Assembly (NCBI GenBank): GCA_963816395.1
Contig: CAWFKQ010000012.1
Location: forward strand, 10,972-74,971
Direction of reading: 5' to 3'
Source: an uncultured delta proteobacterium
GTDB lineage: Bacteria > Desulfobacterota > Desulfuromonadia > Desulfuromonadales > JACZKF01
Length of the DNA: 64,000 nt
Position 1 is the first letter of the stretch. Each line of letters starts with the position of its first letter. A program made the translations under genes and the position numbers. Below, piece after piece: positions 42,150 through 52,986 of this stretch. The notes beneath the pieces were generated by a model that had not been told where the DNA came from, made no database searches, and was given only the letters and a program-made list of their open reading frames with translations.

Positions 42150-43187
42150 TCAGGCCTGGATCAGCTTCTTGCCGCGCGTCGGCTTGCGCCCGAGGAGCTC
42201 CAGCAGACGCCTGGTCAGGCTCGCTTCCAGTTCCCGCTGCACCGCCTGGTTCCCCTGCATCGGACGGATCTGGCCGCCGGCAGTGGTATGGTGGCCGCCG
42301 GCGGTGCCCAAGCCGTCGACGATCTTGCGGATCACCTCCCCGGCCATGACCTCATGGGTCTGGGTACGCAGGGAGAGGATTTCCGCGTCCTCATAGCGCC
42401 CCAGGCCGAGGACGATGTCGATCCCTTCCATGCGCAGGAGAAAATCGGCCATTTCGGCAACGATCTCCGGGTTGTCGATCTCGTAGAGGTTGAATACCAG
42501 GACGCCGTCATAGGTGCGGGAATTTTCGATCGCCTTGTTGTAGCTGGAAAAATATTCCCGGGGCACCTTCGGGTGGGTGATGTTGAAGAGGATATGGACA
42601 TTGGCCAGGGAAAGGAGCTGCAGATAGGCCTCGCGGTCCGCCTTCACCCCTTCGCGGCCGAGGTCCTGGGTTTCCGATTTGATGGCATAGAAGAGGATAG
42701 TGGCCAGCTTGGTGCCGAAGGTGACCTGCTGCGCCTGCAGGTATTCGAAGAGGATGGTGGCGCAGGCTCCGTACTCTTCGCGGATGTCGGTCCAGCGGCA
42801 GCGGGTGCAGGCCTCCCGGGCCGGGTGATGGTCGATCACCAGGTGCACCGGCCGCTCCGGCGGGTAGGAATTGTTCCCCGTTCCCGGCTGGGTATCGACC
42901 ATGCAGACCACGCCGAACTGGTCGAGATCGAGTTTCTCGATCGGCTCCGCATCGATTTCCAGCTCCCGCACCATCACCTGGTTCTCACCCCGGCCGATAA
43001 TGCCGCCGAAAGTGATGGTGACCGATTGGCCGGTTTTTTTCAGGATCAGATGCTTCAGGGCCATGGCCGCCGCCAGAGAATCCGGGTCGGGATTGTCGTG
43101 GGCGACAATCAGCACCCGCCCCTTGCCTCGCATCCACTCGATGAATTGTTCGGAAAATTCTCGCGACAGGGTCAGGTCGATCGGCAT
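42150..43187 (-). CDS. DHH/DHHA1 family phosphoesterase
   Basis: HDNPDPDS, IDHH, AGGH. Confidence 0.9.
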   Translation of the reverse strand: MPIDLTLSREFSEQFIEWMRGKGRVLIVAHDNPDPDSLAAAMALKHLILKKTGQSVTITFGGIIGRGENQVMVRELEIDAEPIEKLDLDQFGVVCMVDTQPGTGNNSYPPERPVHLVIDHHPAREACTRCRWTDIREEYGACATILFEYLQAQQVTFGTKLATILFYAIKSETQDLGREGVKADREAYLQLLSLANVHILFNITHPKVPREYFSSYNKAIENSRTYDGVLVFNLYEIDNPEIVAEMADFLLRMEGIDIVLGLGRYEDAEILSLRTQTHEVMAGEVIRKIVDGLGTAGGHHTTAGGQIRPMQGNQAVQRELEASLTRRLLELLGRKPTRGKKLIQA

Positions 43188-43239
43188 GGCTGCGTCCCCT
43201 CGAGAAGACTGGATTGACTGCTGCAGCGCGGTTCTGTCT

Positions 43240-43713
43240 TCATTCTATCGCTGCCAGTGTTGCGAAGGCCGATTCCACCGCCTCGGCTGGAGAAGCGGCA
43301 TAGATGACGCCGGGAAGATTCGGCCAGGCGCCGAGGGCGATCACCGGCCGGCCGATTTTCAGGCCGATCGCCATTTCGGACAGGGTCCCGAACTCCCCCT
43401 CGATGGCGATCAGGGCCCGGGCGGCATGGGCGATGATCACGTTGCGGGCGTGTCCCATGTTGGTCGGGATGGCCAGGGTGACGAAAGGATTGGCCGCTGT
43501 CCTCTCGCCGCCCGGAAGGATGCCGACCGCCACGCCGCCCCCCTCGGTACAGCCGCGGCAGGCCGCCTCCATGATGCCGCTCAGCCCGCCGCAGACCACC
43601 GCCGCCCCCCGCTCGGCGACCAGCCGTCCCACCTCCCGGGCCTGCTCGTAACCGGCCGGCGTCGCCTGCCCGGCGCCGATAATGCCTATGAGGGTTTGGG
43701 GACGATTGCTCAT
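43240..43713 (-). CDS. LOG-family nucleotide-binding protein (TIGR00725-like)
   Basis: CGGLSGIMEA, GILPG, GHARN, GTLSE. Confidence 0.88.
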   Translation of the reverse strand: MSNRPQTLIGIIGAGQATPAGYEQAREVGRLVAERGAAVVCGGLSGIMEAACRGCTEGGGVAVGILPGGERTAANPFVTLAIPTNMGHARNVIIAHAARALIAIEGEFGTLSEMAIGLKIGRPVIALGAWPNLPGVIYAASPAEAVESAFATLAAIE

Positions 43714-43740
43714 GTTTGGACTCGTTGGTCAGGCAAAAGG

Positions 43741-43842
43741 CAGGGGCTAGCGGCTAGCGGCTATAGGCTAGAGGAAAAACCCTAATGCCTTATGCATGTC
43801 TTGACCTCCAGCCTCTTTCCTCTAGCCTCCAGCCTCCAGCCT
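43741..43842. repeat. Heptamer-periodic palindromic element overlapping the copA 3' end
   Basis: GGCTAGC GGCTAGC GGCTATA GGCTAGA mirrored by CTAGCCT CCAGCCT CCAGCCT. Confidence 0.8.
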
Positions 43843-46302
43843 GTATCTCTTCAACAACAGGCTGTTCGTCACCACCGAGACGCTGGAGAAGGCCATGGCC
43901 AGGCCGGCCAGTTCCGGGCGGAGGATCAGGCCGAAAGCCGGATAGAAAAGTCCGGCGGCAACCGGGATACCGATGACATTGTAGAAAAAGGCCCAGAAGA
44001 GGTTCTGCCTGATTTTTCCCAAGGTCCGGCGGCCGAGGCGGATCCCCCGCTCGACGTCCCGAATGTCCCCCTTGACCAGGACGATGTCGCCGGTTTCCTT
44101 GGCCACATCGGTACCGCTGCCGATGGCGATGCCGATATCGGCTTGCGCCAGCGCCGGAGCGTCATTGATGCCATCGCCGACCATGCCGACGAAGTGCCCC
44201 GCTTCCTGATACCGACGGACCACCCGCTGCTTCTCCTCGGGCAGGACTTCCGCCTCCACCACATCGATTCCCACCTTGCGGGCCACCGCCTCGGCTACTG
44301 CCCGCCGATCGCCGCTCACCAGCACCGTTTTCAGCCCCATGTTCTTGAGGGCGCGGATGGTGGCGGCGGCCTCGTTTTGCAGGGTATCGGCCAACGCCAA
44401 CGCCCCCAGCAGCCGGCCGCTGCGAGCGACATAGACCAGGGATTTGCCCTCGGCGGCGAGCGCCTCTGCCGGTCCGGCAAGCGCCTGACAGGAAACCCCC
44501 TCTTCCCGCAGCAGGCGTTCACTGCCGGCCAGCAGCCGCTCCCCCTGGCAGAGGCAGACCAGCCCATGGCCACCGCGCTCCTGCACCTCGCTGACGGCGG
44601 CGATCCCGGCTCCTTCCTCCCGCGCCCGCCTGAGCACTGCCCGGGCGAGGGGGTGGTGGCTTGCCGACTCGGCCGCCGCTGCCGTCCGCAGCAGGTCCGC
44701 CGCCTCCACGCCGGGAAGCGGCAGCAGATCGGTTACGGCAAATTCCCCCCGGGTCAGGGTGCCGGTCTTATCGAACAGCAGCACATCGAGGCGGGAAACG
44801 TTCTCCAGGGCGGTGGCCCGCTTGAACAGGATGCCGGCGGACAACCCCACCGAGCTGCCGACCATGATGGCGGTGGGAGTGGCCAGCCCCAGCGCGCAGG
44901 GGCAGGCGATGACCAGAACGGCAATCGCCAGTTTGAAGGCGAAAAGGAAATCGGCGCCGGCGGCGTAACGCCAGAGCAGGAAGGTGAGAACAGCGATCGT
45001 GACCACCGTCGGCACGAAGTAGTTGGCCACGGCATCGGCCAGGCGCTGGATGGGGGCCTTATCCCCCTGGGCTTCTTCCACCAGGCGGACGATCTGCGCC
45101 AGAGCGGTCGTTTCCCCCACCCGGGTAGCCCGCACCACCAGGCGGCCGGTAGTGTTGATGGTGCCGCCGGCGACCTCTTCCCCCGGCCCGCGGGCGACCG
45201 GCACCGACTCGCCGGTGAGCATCGACTCATCCACCGCCGAGGCGCCCTCCTCGATCGTGCCGTCCACCGGGATTTTCCCCCCGGGACGCACCAGGACCCG
45301 ATCCCCGATCCGCACCTGGGCGGCAGGAATTTCCTCCTCGCCGCCGGCGGTGAGCAGAACGGCCCGGTCCGGCTGCAGCTGCAGCAGCTCGCGCAAGGCC
45401 TGCCCGGCTTTACCTTTGGCCCGGGCCTCCAGCCATTTACCCAGCCGGATAAAGGTGATCAGCATGGCGCCGGTCTCGAAAAAAACCGGCCCGCTGAGGC
45501 CGAACAAACCGAAGGCGGCGAGAATCGAATAGCCGTAGGCGGCGCTGATCCCCAGCGCCACCAGCACGTCCATGTTGGCCGAACCGTTTTTCAGGGACTT
45601 CCAGCCCCCCCGGTAGAACAGCAACCCGGCGGAGAACTGCACGATCGTCGCCAGGGCGGCATTGATCCACAGGGTGGCCATGCCGAACGGTTGCCACCAC
45701 ATCAGCGGCATGATCGGCGCCGTCAGCAGGGCCGAGAAAATCAGCCAACCCAGCTGACTCCGTTCCTCCCCGGCCGTCTCGCCGCCGCTGCGCGCCGTCA
45801 GGGGCCGATATCCGGCATCGACTACCGCCCGAAAAATCGCCTCCCGGTCGATCTGTCCCGGATCGAAAGCGACGCTCCCCGACTCGCTGGCAAAATTGAC
45901 GCGGGCGGTCGCAATCCCGGGCAGCGATCGCAGCTTCTTCTCGATGGTCCCGGCGCAGTTGGCGCAGTGCATCCCCTGGATGGGAAACGTCAGCCGCTCC
46001 GCTCCTACGGCGGCAGCGGTCGACAGAATACTCTCCGGAGCGGCAGCCAGGGTCGGCGGCGGAGCCGCGTCCGCCAGTGGAACCTGGAAACCAGCCTGTT
46101 CCAGCACCAGCGCCAAACCGGCCGGAGCGACTTGTGCCGGGTCAAAAAAAACCCGCGCCTCTGCTTTCTCCAGAGAGACCCGGGCCTCGCCGACGCCTGC
46201 CAGGGCGGAGAGAAGGTCGGTCACCTTCTGCACGCACTTCTGACACCGCATCCCCTGCACGGGAAGGAGAATCTCCCTCTCTGCCCGCTCCGGACGGCTC
46301 AT
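43822..46302 (-). CDS. copA: Copper-translocating P1B-type ATPase
   Basis: Two HMA motifs (GMRCQKC, GMHCANC), [24 protein letters not shown] and MAFSS. Confidence 0.93.
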   Translation of the reverse strand: MSRPERAEREILLPVQGMRCQKCVQKVTDLLSALAGVGEARVSLEKAEARVFFDPAQVAPAGLALVLEQAGFQVPLADAAPPPTLAAAPESILSTAAAVGAERLTFPIQGMHCANCAGTIEKKLRSLPGIATARVNFASESGSVAFDPGQIDREAIFRAVVDAGYRPLTARSGGETAGEERSQLGWLIFSALLTAPIMPLMWWQPFGMATLWINAALATIVQFSAGLLFYRGGWKSLKNGSANMDVLVALGISAAYGYSILAAFGLFGLSGPVFFETGAMLITFIRLGKWLEARAKGKAGQALRELLQLQPDRAVLLTAGGEEEIPAAQVRIGDRVLVRPGGKIPVDGTIEEGASAVDESMLTGESVPVARGPGEEVAGGTINTTGRLVVRATRVGETTALAQIVRLVEEAQGDKAPIQRLADAVANYFVPTVVTIAVLTFLLWRYAAGADFLFAFKLAIAVLVIACPCALGLATPTAIMVGSSVGLSAGILFKRATALENVSRLDVLLFDKTGTLTRGEFAVTDLLPLPGVEAADLLRTAAAAESASHHPLARAVLRRAREEGAGIAAVSEVQERGGHGLVCLCQGERLLAGSERLLREEGVSCQALAGPAEALAAEGKSLVYVARSGRLLGALALADTLQNEAAATIRALKNMGLKTVLVSGDRRAVAEAVARKVGIDVVEAEVLPEEKQRVVRRYQEAGHFVGMVGDGINDAPALAQADIGIAIGSGTDVAKETGDIVLVKGDIRDVERGIRLGRRTLGKIRQNLFWAFFYNVIGIPVAAGLFYPAFGLILRPELAGLAMAFSSVSVVTNSLLLKRYRLEAGG

Positions 46303-47549
46303 CCTGCTTTTTTCTGCCCGAGCAGGCGGAGAAAAGACGGGGTTTCCCGGATCCGGTCGAAATCCGAATCGCTCCTGGCGTCCTCGAGAAAATGCGGCTC
46401 CTGGGCGGAAGCCTTGGTCAAAGCGCGGACGGCCTCCTGCACTTTCCCTTTGCGGGCGAAGGCGCAGGCGCGGTTGTAATGGGCCAGGGGATAGCGACTG
46501 GTGCGCGCCAGAATGGCATCGAAACAGGCCAGAGCCTCATCGAGGCGCCCCATGTCAATCAGCACATTCCCTTTGTTGTTCAGCGTGTAGATCGATTCGG
46601 GATCGCGCTGCAGACTTTCCTCCAGGGCAGCCAGGGCACCGGGGAGATCCCCCTGCCGCTCCAGCAGCAGGCCACGATAGAAGGGCGGTTCCGAATTGTC
46701 CGGCTCCAGCCGCTCCGCCTCTTCCAGCAGCGGGGACACTTCGGTATAGCGCTCCAGCTCAATCAGCAGATTGATCTTTTCGATCAGCACCTCGAAAAAT
46801 TGCGGATCACGCTCCAGGGCGGCATCGAAATCCTGCATTGCCGCTTCCAGCCTCTCCAGGCGGCAGAGAGAAAGCCCCCGATTGAAATAATAGGAGGCGT
46901 TATCCGAAGCCTTGTTAATGGCCCGGCCGTAGCATTCCACCGCCTCCTCCTCGCGCCCCAGCCCGGAGAGTGCGAGGGCGCGGCCGTTCAGGCTGGCGGC
47001 ATCGGCGGGGGCCATGGCCAGGGCATGTTCGAAATTTTCCAGGGCCTCCTGAAAGCGACCCAGGCGGTTGAGGGCGTAGCCCTTGTTGTAGTAGGCATCG
47101 GGGGCATCGGGCATGCGCCGGAGGGCCTGATCATACATCTGCAGCGCCTCCTCGGTCTGCCCGAGTTCGTCGAGGGTGTTGCCCATGTTGATATAGGCCT
47201 CCGGAAAGTCCGGCTGCAGTTCCAGGGAGCGGCGGAAATGCCGCAGCGCCTCCTCAAAATCTCCGAGCCGTTCCAGCAGCACCCCGTAATTGTGGTGCAG
47301 GGCGCCATTTCTGGGATCGAGGCGGAGGGCTTTCTGGTAGAGGGCGAGGGCCTTCTCTTCGTCCCCCAGGTTGGTGGCGGCGACGGCGCAGATATTGAGC
47401 GCCTCGACATCCAGCGGGTTGGACTCCAGGTATTCCTCGGTCAGATCAAGGGCGGCGCTGTTCTCGCCGCGATCCAGGGCCATCTGGGCCAGCTCGAGGC
47501 TGTCCTCCTCCTCTTCTTCGTCCAGGTAATCTTCGAATTCTTCGTCCAT
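46299..47549 (-). CDS. TPR-repeat protein with acidic N-terminus
   Basis: About 10 TPRs, C-terminal YNRAC...DSDF; stop overlaps the copA start. Confidence 0.88.
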   Translation of the reverse strand: MDEEFEDYLDEEEEEDSLELAQMALDRGENSAALDLTEEYLESNPLDVEALNICAVAATNLGDEEKALALYQKALRLDPRNGALHHNYGVLLERLGDFEEALRHFRRSLELQPDFPEAYINMGNTLDELGQTEEALQMYDQALRRMPDAPDAYYNKGYALNRLGRFQEALENFEHALAMAPADAASLNGRALALSGLGREEEAVECYGRAINKASDNASYYFNRGLSLCRLERLEAAMQDFDAALERDPQFFEVLIEKINLLIELERYTEVSPLLEEAERLEPDNSEPPFYRGLLLERQGDLPGALAALEESLQRDPESIYTLNNKGNVLIDMGRLDEALACFDAILARTSRYPLAHYNRACAFARKGKVQEAVRALTKASAQEPHFLEDARSDSDFDRIRETPSFLRLLGQKKAG

Positions 47550-47796
47550 ATTGGCTCCGGGTGCGGTGAAGTCCCCGGCCAGTCTGCCGCCGGGAGCGAC
47601 TTCTCAATATAGCAGAAATGAACTTTCCTCTGCACCCCTTATGTCTCTATCGCTGAATTTTCCTTTCTGCATCCATTCTAGCCGGTGGATCAGCCCCGGC
47701 AATGCCGCCGGCGGCAAGTGTCTGATATTCATTCCCTGGAGAAGACTTGTGGCCGGATTGCGCCAGCGCCGGGTCCACCCTCCCTGCCCGGGAACG

Positions 47797-47836
47797 AAGA
47801 AAGGCCTGCGTTCCGGCGCAGGCCTTCTTGTTTTTG
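47797..47836. terminator. Bidirectional terminator
   Basis: AGGCCTGCG-TTCCGG-CGCAGGCCT flanked by A- and T-rich tracts. Confidence 0.75.
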
Positions 47837-47850
47837 CTCCCTTCGAGCCC

Positions 47851-47988
47851 TCAGCCGATCTCTACCTGCCGGATTTTGACCCGCTTATGTTCGCAGGCCA
47901 TCTGCAGCAGGTATTTGCCGGCATCGTAGTCATTGGCAAAACAGTGATTGTCAATACAGGTGAGATGTCTATGTTCTTTCTTTCTCAT
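47851..47988 (-). CDS. 45-aa Cys/His-rich small protein
   Basis: AGGAGG RBS, MRKKEHRHLTCIDNHCFANDYDAGKYLLQMACEHKRVKIRQVEIG, terminator immediately downstream. Confidence 0.6.
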   Translation of the reverse strand: MRKKEHRHLTCIDNHCFANDYDAGKYLLQMACEHKRVKIRQVEIG

Positions 47989-48189
47989 TTTTTCTATCCT
48001 CCTGAGTGAAATTTTACCTCCGATGACCGGCCGAAACAAGTAGGGCTTGCCACCCCATCCCTGCCCCTGCCCGTCTCTAGGGAGGCGCCCCTGTCATCGC
48101 AGGGATGCACAGGATGAACAGGGTTAAATTGCCGTGCCTGGCTGAGTTCGGGCGGTTCGGGAGACTGGCTGAAAGCGCTAGGAAAAGAA

Positions 48190-49499
48190 TCAAACGATCT
48201 CGTCTTCAATGCGGTTGTCGAAAATCCGCTGGCTCTTGCGCTCGGAGCGCGGCAGCGCGCCGTAAGCGACGAACGCCACCTCGGGAGTGACCAGCAGCTG
48301 TTTCTTGAACTGGTGCAAGATCTCCTGCTGCAGTTCCGGCCCCCGGCTTGCGTCCACCCCCTGGCCGCGCTCTGCCACCAGCCGCAGGTGGTCGCGGCCG
48401 GATACCTCGTCGCGCGACAGGTGGACCTGGAACTCGGAGCCGAGCCCGGGAATTTGCGACAGGATGGTGTCGATGCTCGAAGGATAAATGTTGACCCCAC
48501 GGAACTTGAAAGTGTCGTCGGAGCGCCCCTTGATGCGCGAATGGCGCGGCAGCGGCGAACCGCAGCTGCAGGGGCCGGGGATCAGACGGGTGATGTCGCG
48601 GGTGCGGTAGCGAATCAGCGGCGCCCCCTCCTTGGCCAGAGTGGTCACCACCATCTCCCCCCACTCCCCGGGCGGCAGCGGGCTGTCAGGGTTTCGGGAT
48701 CGACGATCTCCAGAATGTAGTAGTCCCCCCAATAATGGATGCAGTCGTGCTCGGGGCACTCGATACCGGTGCCGGGGCCGTACAGCTCCGTCAGACCGGT
48801 GATGTCGAAGAGCTCGGCGCCGCCGAACAGCTCGGAGATCTTCCGGCGCATCGACACCGAGGAGCGCTCCGAGCCATAGATGACCTTGCGGATGGCAATG
48901 CGGTCGGCGACCCCGCGGTGGTGGATCTCCTCCGCCATCAGCAGCGCCATGGAGGCCGTCGAGCAGAAGACCGTCGACTGGAAATCGAGCATGAACTGAA
49001 TCTGCATGTCGACATTCCCCGGTCCAGCCGGGATGGCCAGAGCCCCGAGTTTTTCACAGCCGAGCTGAAAACCCAGGCCGGCGGTCCAGACCCCGTAGCC
49101 GACGGCAATCTGCACCCGGTCGAGGGGGGTGACCCCGGCCATTTCGTAGCAGCGGGCGAAGAAATGGGTCCAGTCATCGAGGTCCTTCCGGGTGTAGGCC
49201 AGCACCTTGCGCTTGCCGGTGGTGCCGGAGCTGACGTGGATGCGCACCAGCTGCTCATAAGGGACGGCGCGCAGCGGAAAGGGGTAGCCGTCGCGCAGGT
49301 CGTCGGCGGTGGTAAAGGGGAGCCGCTCCAGGTCCGCCAGGGAGCGGATATCGGCCGGGGCAATGCCGGCCTGTTCAAATTTCCGGCGATAGAAGCTCGA
49401 CCCCTCATAGGCGTGGCGCAGCGTCCACTGCAGCCCCTGCAGCTGATGGTCGGCGAGTTCGGCTTCGGTGCCGAAAGCGGGCATGAAAGTCTTACTCAT
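48190..49499 (-). CDS. paaK: Phenylacetate-CoA ligase family; apparent frameshift near 48685
   Basis: SSGTTGK, GLTELYGPG, PLIRYRTRD, GRSDD, RGVNIYPS. Confidence 0.88.
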
Positions 49500-49562
49500 G
49501 GCAGGTTTCTCCAGGCGGATATTTGGTCAGGCCGGCCGCCCCCACCGGGGAGAAGTTGACTT

Positions 49563-50063
49563 TTAATTCTGCAGCCCCAGCCGGAAAGCCGCCAGATTCT
49601 GCTCGAAGAATTTCGCCGGCGACAGGGCGCGGATCGCTTCCTCCACCTCCTGGGCGCTGCAGAAGATCGCCTGGCGGCACACGGCGCAGCCGAGCAGGAT
49701 CAGGTTGGCCAGCAGCGGATTGCCGGCCTGCCGCGCCAGCCCGGCGGCATCGATCTCCCTCCCCTCCCCTGCCTCCTGCCGGTTGACGATGAGCGCCCCG
49801 TCCGGCTTCACCAGGGGACGGTGGAGGGCGAGATTGGCCGCGTGCAGAAAAAGGCCGGCGTCGGCCTGGCCGCGGCGGATCAGCGGGCTGCGGAAGTCGC
49901 CGATCTTGAGGGTGGAGAGAACGCTGCCGCCGCGCTGGGCCATGCCGTGGGTCTCGGCGGTGAGCACCGGCAGGCGACGGTGCACCGCCGTCTCGGCGAT
50001 CACCCGGGTGAGAAACAGCACCCCCTGGCCGCCAAGGCCGCTGACGATGAGCTGCTGTTTCAT
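49563..50063 (-). CDS. iorB: Indolepyruvate:ferredoxin oxidoreductase beta subunit
   Basis: GLGGQG, ETHGMAQRGGSV. Confidence 0.88.
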   Translation of the reverse strand: MKQQLIVSGLGGQGVLFLTRVIAETAVHRRLPVLTAETHGMAQRGGSVLSTLKIGDFRSPLIRRGQADAGLFLHAANLALHRPLVKPDGALIVNRQEAGEGREIDAAGLARQAGNPLLANLILLGCAVCRQAIFCSAQEVEEAIRALSPAKFFEQNLAAFRLGLQN

Positions 50064-51889
50064 CCCTTTGCCTCCTTGCCGATCGCCTGCACCGGACAGA
50101 CCGGGATGCAGGTGCCGCAGCCGACGCAGCGGTCGCCGTCGATGACTGCCCGGCCGGTCGCCTCCTCCATGAGCAGGGCCGGGCATTCGAACTTGTCCAC
50201 ACAGCGGCGGCAGCCGACGCAGTCCTCGCTGATTCTCATCCTGAAGCGCTCCTGATCGATGACCGCCTGCCGGTCCATGAGGCAGGGATGGCGGGAGACC
50301 AGCACCGCCACTCCCCCTTCCGGGCTGCGAATGAAGGCATCGGCCCGGCGCAGCAGGGCCTCGAAACTCTCGTTGTCGTAGGGGTCGCAGACCTCGAGGA
50401 AACCAACGCCGCAGGCCCGCACCAGCGGCTCGATAGCGACCGCGGGGGCCGGACTGCCGTCGGCGGCGCGGCCCAGGTGCGGTACCGGCTGGTGACCGGT
50501 CATGGCGGCGGTGGCATTGTCGAGGAGAACGACGATGATGCGCGCCCGCTGGATGACGGCATTCACCAGCGCCGGAATGCCGGCGTGGAAGAAGGTCGAG
50601 TCGCCGATGGTGACGACCACCGTCGGGAACTCCCCGTCCTGGGCGTAGGCCTGATAGAAGCCGGCCCCCTGGCTGATGCAGGCGCCCATGCAGTGCACGG
50701 TATCGACGGCGCCGAGGTTTATCCCCAGGGTGTAACAGCCGATGTCGGAGGGGAAGATTCCATTCGGGAAGCATTTCTTGATGCTGTAGAAGGCGCTGCG
50801 ATGCGGGCAGCCCGGACACAGGGAGGGCCGCTGGCCGCGCACCTCGCCGCCGCCCTCCGCCGGCGCCGGCAGACCGAGAAAGGCGGTCAGGGCGCGCTCG
50901 ATGACATCCGGGGTCAGCTCCCCCTCGCGGGGCACAACGCCCCCCTGCCGGCCGGCGGCGCCCGGATGGGCGAGCTGCAGTTCGATGACCGGATAGGTTT
51001 CCTCCAACACCAGCAGCCGGTCGTAGTCGCGGCGCAGCCGGTCGGCGAAGGCCGGATCGAGCGGATAGGGCATCGGCACCTGAAACAGGTCGAGGGTCCC
51101 CGCCAGCCCCAGCTCGACCAGCAGGTCGGCCAGATTGGCAAAGGCGATGCCGGAGGCGACCGCCGCCAGGCGCGGCCGGCTGCCGTCCCCCGGCGTCAGG
51201 CGCGGCTGCAGCTGCGCTTCGGCGGCGATAGCGGCGAGCTTGCCGTTGAGCTCCCGGTGCAGGGCCGGCAGGAAGGCGGGGGTCGCCGCCCAGCGGGAGG
51301 GGTTGCGGACGAAGGCGGCGCGGCGGCCGAGGTCGACGGCCGCCCCGATCGGCACGTTCTGCCGGGAATGGCAGATGCGGGTGGTCGGGCGCAGCATGAC
51401 GGGGATTTCGAACTTTTCGGAGAGCTCGAAGGCCGCCGCCACCATCGCCTTGGCTTCGGCCGGGGAGGCCGGATCGAGCACCGGCACCCGCGCCAGGTGG
51501 GCGAAGAGACGGCTGTCCTGCTCGTTCTGCGAGCTGTGCGGCCCCGGGTCGTCGGCGACCACCGCCACCAGCCCCCCCTTGACGCCGAGATAGGCGCTGC
51601 GCATAAAGGGGTCGGCGGCCACATTGAGCCCCACCTGCTTCATCACCACGGCGGCCCGCTTGCCGGTGTAGGCGGCAGCCAGGGCGACCTCGTAGGCGAT
51701 CTTCTCGTTGACCGACCACTCGACGTGCAGCGGCGCCGCGGCGTCCTGCCGCAGGTCGGCGACCGCCTGCAGCACCTCGGTCGATGGCGTTCCCGGATAA
51801 GCGGCAGCGACCTGGCAGCCGGCTTCCAGCAGACCCCGGCCGATCGCCTCGTTGCCCATCAACAATTGAACCTGTTTATGATCAGTCAT
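50060..51889 (-). CDS. iorA: Indolepyruvate:ferredoxin oxidoreductase alpha subunit
   Basis: GNEAI, YPGTPS, NEK, DDPG.HSSQNEQD, CPGCPH, DIGC, GDSTFFH, two C-terminal 4Fe-4S motifs. Confidence 0.93.
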   Translation of the reverse strand: MTDHKQVQLLMGNEAIGRGLLEAGCQVAAAYPGTPSTEVLQAVADLRQDAAAPLHVEWSVNEKIAYEVALAAAYTGKRAAVVMKQVGLNVAADPFMRSAYLGVKGGLVAVVADDPGPHSSQNEQDSRLFAHLARVPVLDPASPAEAKAMVAAAFELSEKFEIPVMLRPTTRICHSRQNVPIGAAVDLGRRAAFVRNPSRWAATPAFLPALHRELNGKLAAIAAEAQLQPRLTPGDGSRPRLAAVASGIAFANLADLLVELGLAGTLDLFQVPMPYPLDPAFADRLRRDYDRLLVLEETYPVIELQLAHPGAAGRQGGVVPREGELTPDVIERALTAFLGLPAPAEGGGEVRGQRPSLCPGCPHRSAFYSIKKCFPNGIFPSDIGCYTLGINLGAVDTVHCMGACISQGAGFYQAYAQDGEFPTVVVTIGDSTFFHAGIPALVNAVIQRARIIVVLLDNATAAMTGHQPVPHLGRAADGSPAPAVAIEPLVRACGVGFLEVCDPYDNESFEALLRRADAFIRSPEGGVAVLVSRHPCLMDRQAVIDQERFRMRISEDCVGCRRCVDKFECPALLMEEATGRAVIDGDRCVGCGTCIPVCPVQAIGKEAKG

Positions 51890-52146
51890 AGAACCCATTC
51901 CGATTTCTGATTAGCGTCAATATTTCCCTCTCCCTCAGCGATCCCCATGGTGTTGTGCACCATGGAAAAACCCAGGGCAACAGCGGGTCCTCGCCGCGAG
52001 TGAATGCCAAGATTAACTTTTTCGGGAGGATTTGAAAACAGGAAATCCGCCCGTTCTCGAAGGGGGAAGTGAAAAAAGGGACGGCCGATGCCGTCCCTTC
52101 CTCTTTCTTCCTTTATTCGCCCCGGATGAAATGGCGGTCGTTCGAG

Positions 52147-52797
52147 CTAGGGCGCCCTGCGGCGCTCGTAAGTGGGCCAGAAGTCGTGATTCAGGGCCTT
52201 TACCAATTCCATCACGATCTGGTCGCGCTTTTCCTCGGGGTTGTGAAAATCGACGGAGACAGGCGCCCCCATGGCCAGTTTCACCCCGCCCACCGTCCAG
52301 GTCCCCCAGGAGGAATTGTTCCAGACCGTGGCGCCGCTGTCGGCCTCCCACAGCTTGGCATTCATCTTTCCATCGATCTTGGCCGAAGCGGAGGCCGAGT
52401 TCAGATTGGGTGACAGATTAAAATCGGGCCGCACCTCCGACAGCTCGAGCGAACCTCCCAGAACCGCCGCCACCCCGTATTTACGGCCGATGGCGCGGAT
52501 CGCCTGAAAATCGAGATCTTTCGCCCCCACCGAATGCAGCACCTGCTCGGCGCTGCCGAGTTCCAGCAGACGCACCCCAGGTTGGGCGGCCTGCAGGTTG
52601 CCCAGAAACTTCTGGGTGGCGTCCCGGGCCAGCTCCCCTTCCGGCTTGGCGGCAAGCCCGATGACGCCGATGTTCGGATACGCTCGGAGATCGACCCGCG
52701 GCGGCACCGTGACCGTGACAGTCCTGGCGCAGCCGAAAAATGTCATTGCCGCCGTCATTAGGAGCAATATCCTGAAACAGAACTGGTGCAACCTCAT
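52147..52797 (-). CDS. Hypothetical lipoprotein
   Basis: Lipobox FFGC, GGAG RBS, terminator-like hairpin at 52072-52100. Confidence 0.75.
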   Translation of the reverse strand: MRLHQFCFRILLLMTAAMTFFGCARTVTVTVPPRVDLRAYPNIGVIGLAAKPEGELARDATQKFLGNLQAAQPGVRLLELGSAEQVLHSVGAKDLDFQAIRAIGRKYGVAAVLGGSLELSEVRPDFNLSPNLNSASASAKIDGKMNAKLWEADSGATVWNNSSWGTWTVGGVKLAMGAPVSVDFHNPEEKRDQIVMELVKALNHDFWPTYERRRAP

Positions 52798-52986
52798 GCG
52801 TCTTCTCCTCGCGCAGGCGATATCGAAGGGCGCCTGCTCCGCCCCCTGCCGGTCCAGCTTGCAAGATCGCAGCCCATCCTTTCATTTACACGCAAAAAAG
52901 CCCGCGGACGCGGGCTTCAAAGACTCCCCTGAATCGATTTGTTCCGGGCGGGACGGGGGTTGGTCCCCATCCCGCCCAAGCCTCCC

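Noticed and set aside
43792..46479. Long antisense ORFs (895 aa here; also 31360-33882, 52939-54711, 55341-57119)
   Set aside because: Shadow frames of real GC-rich genes, with no recognisable motifs.
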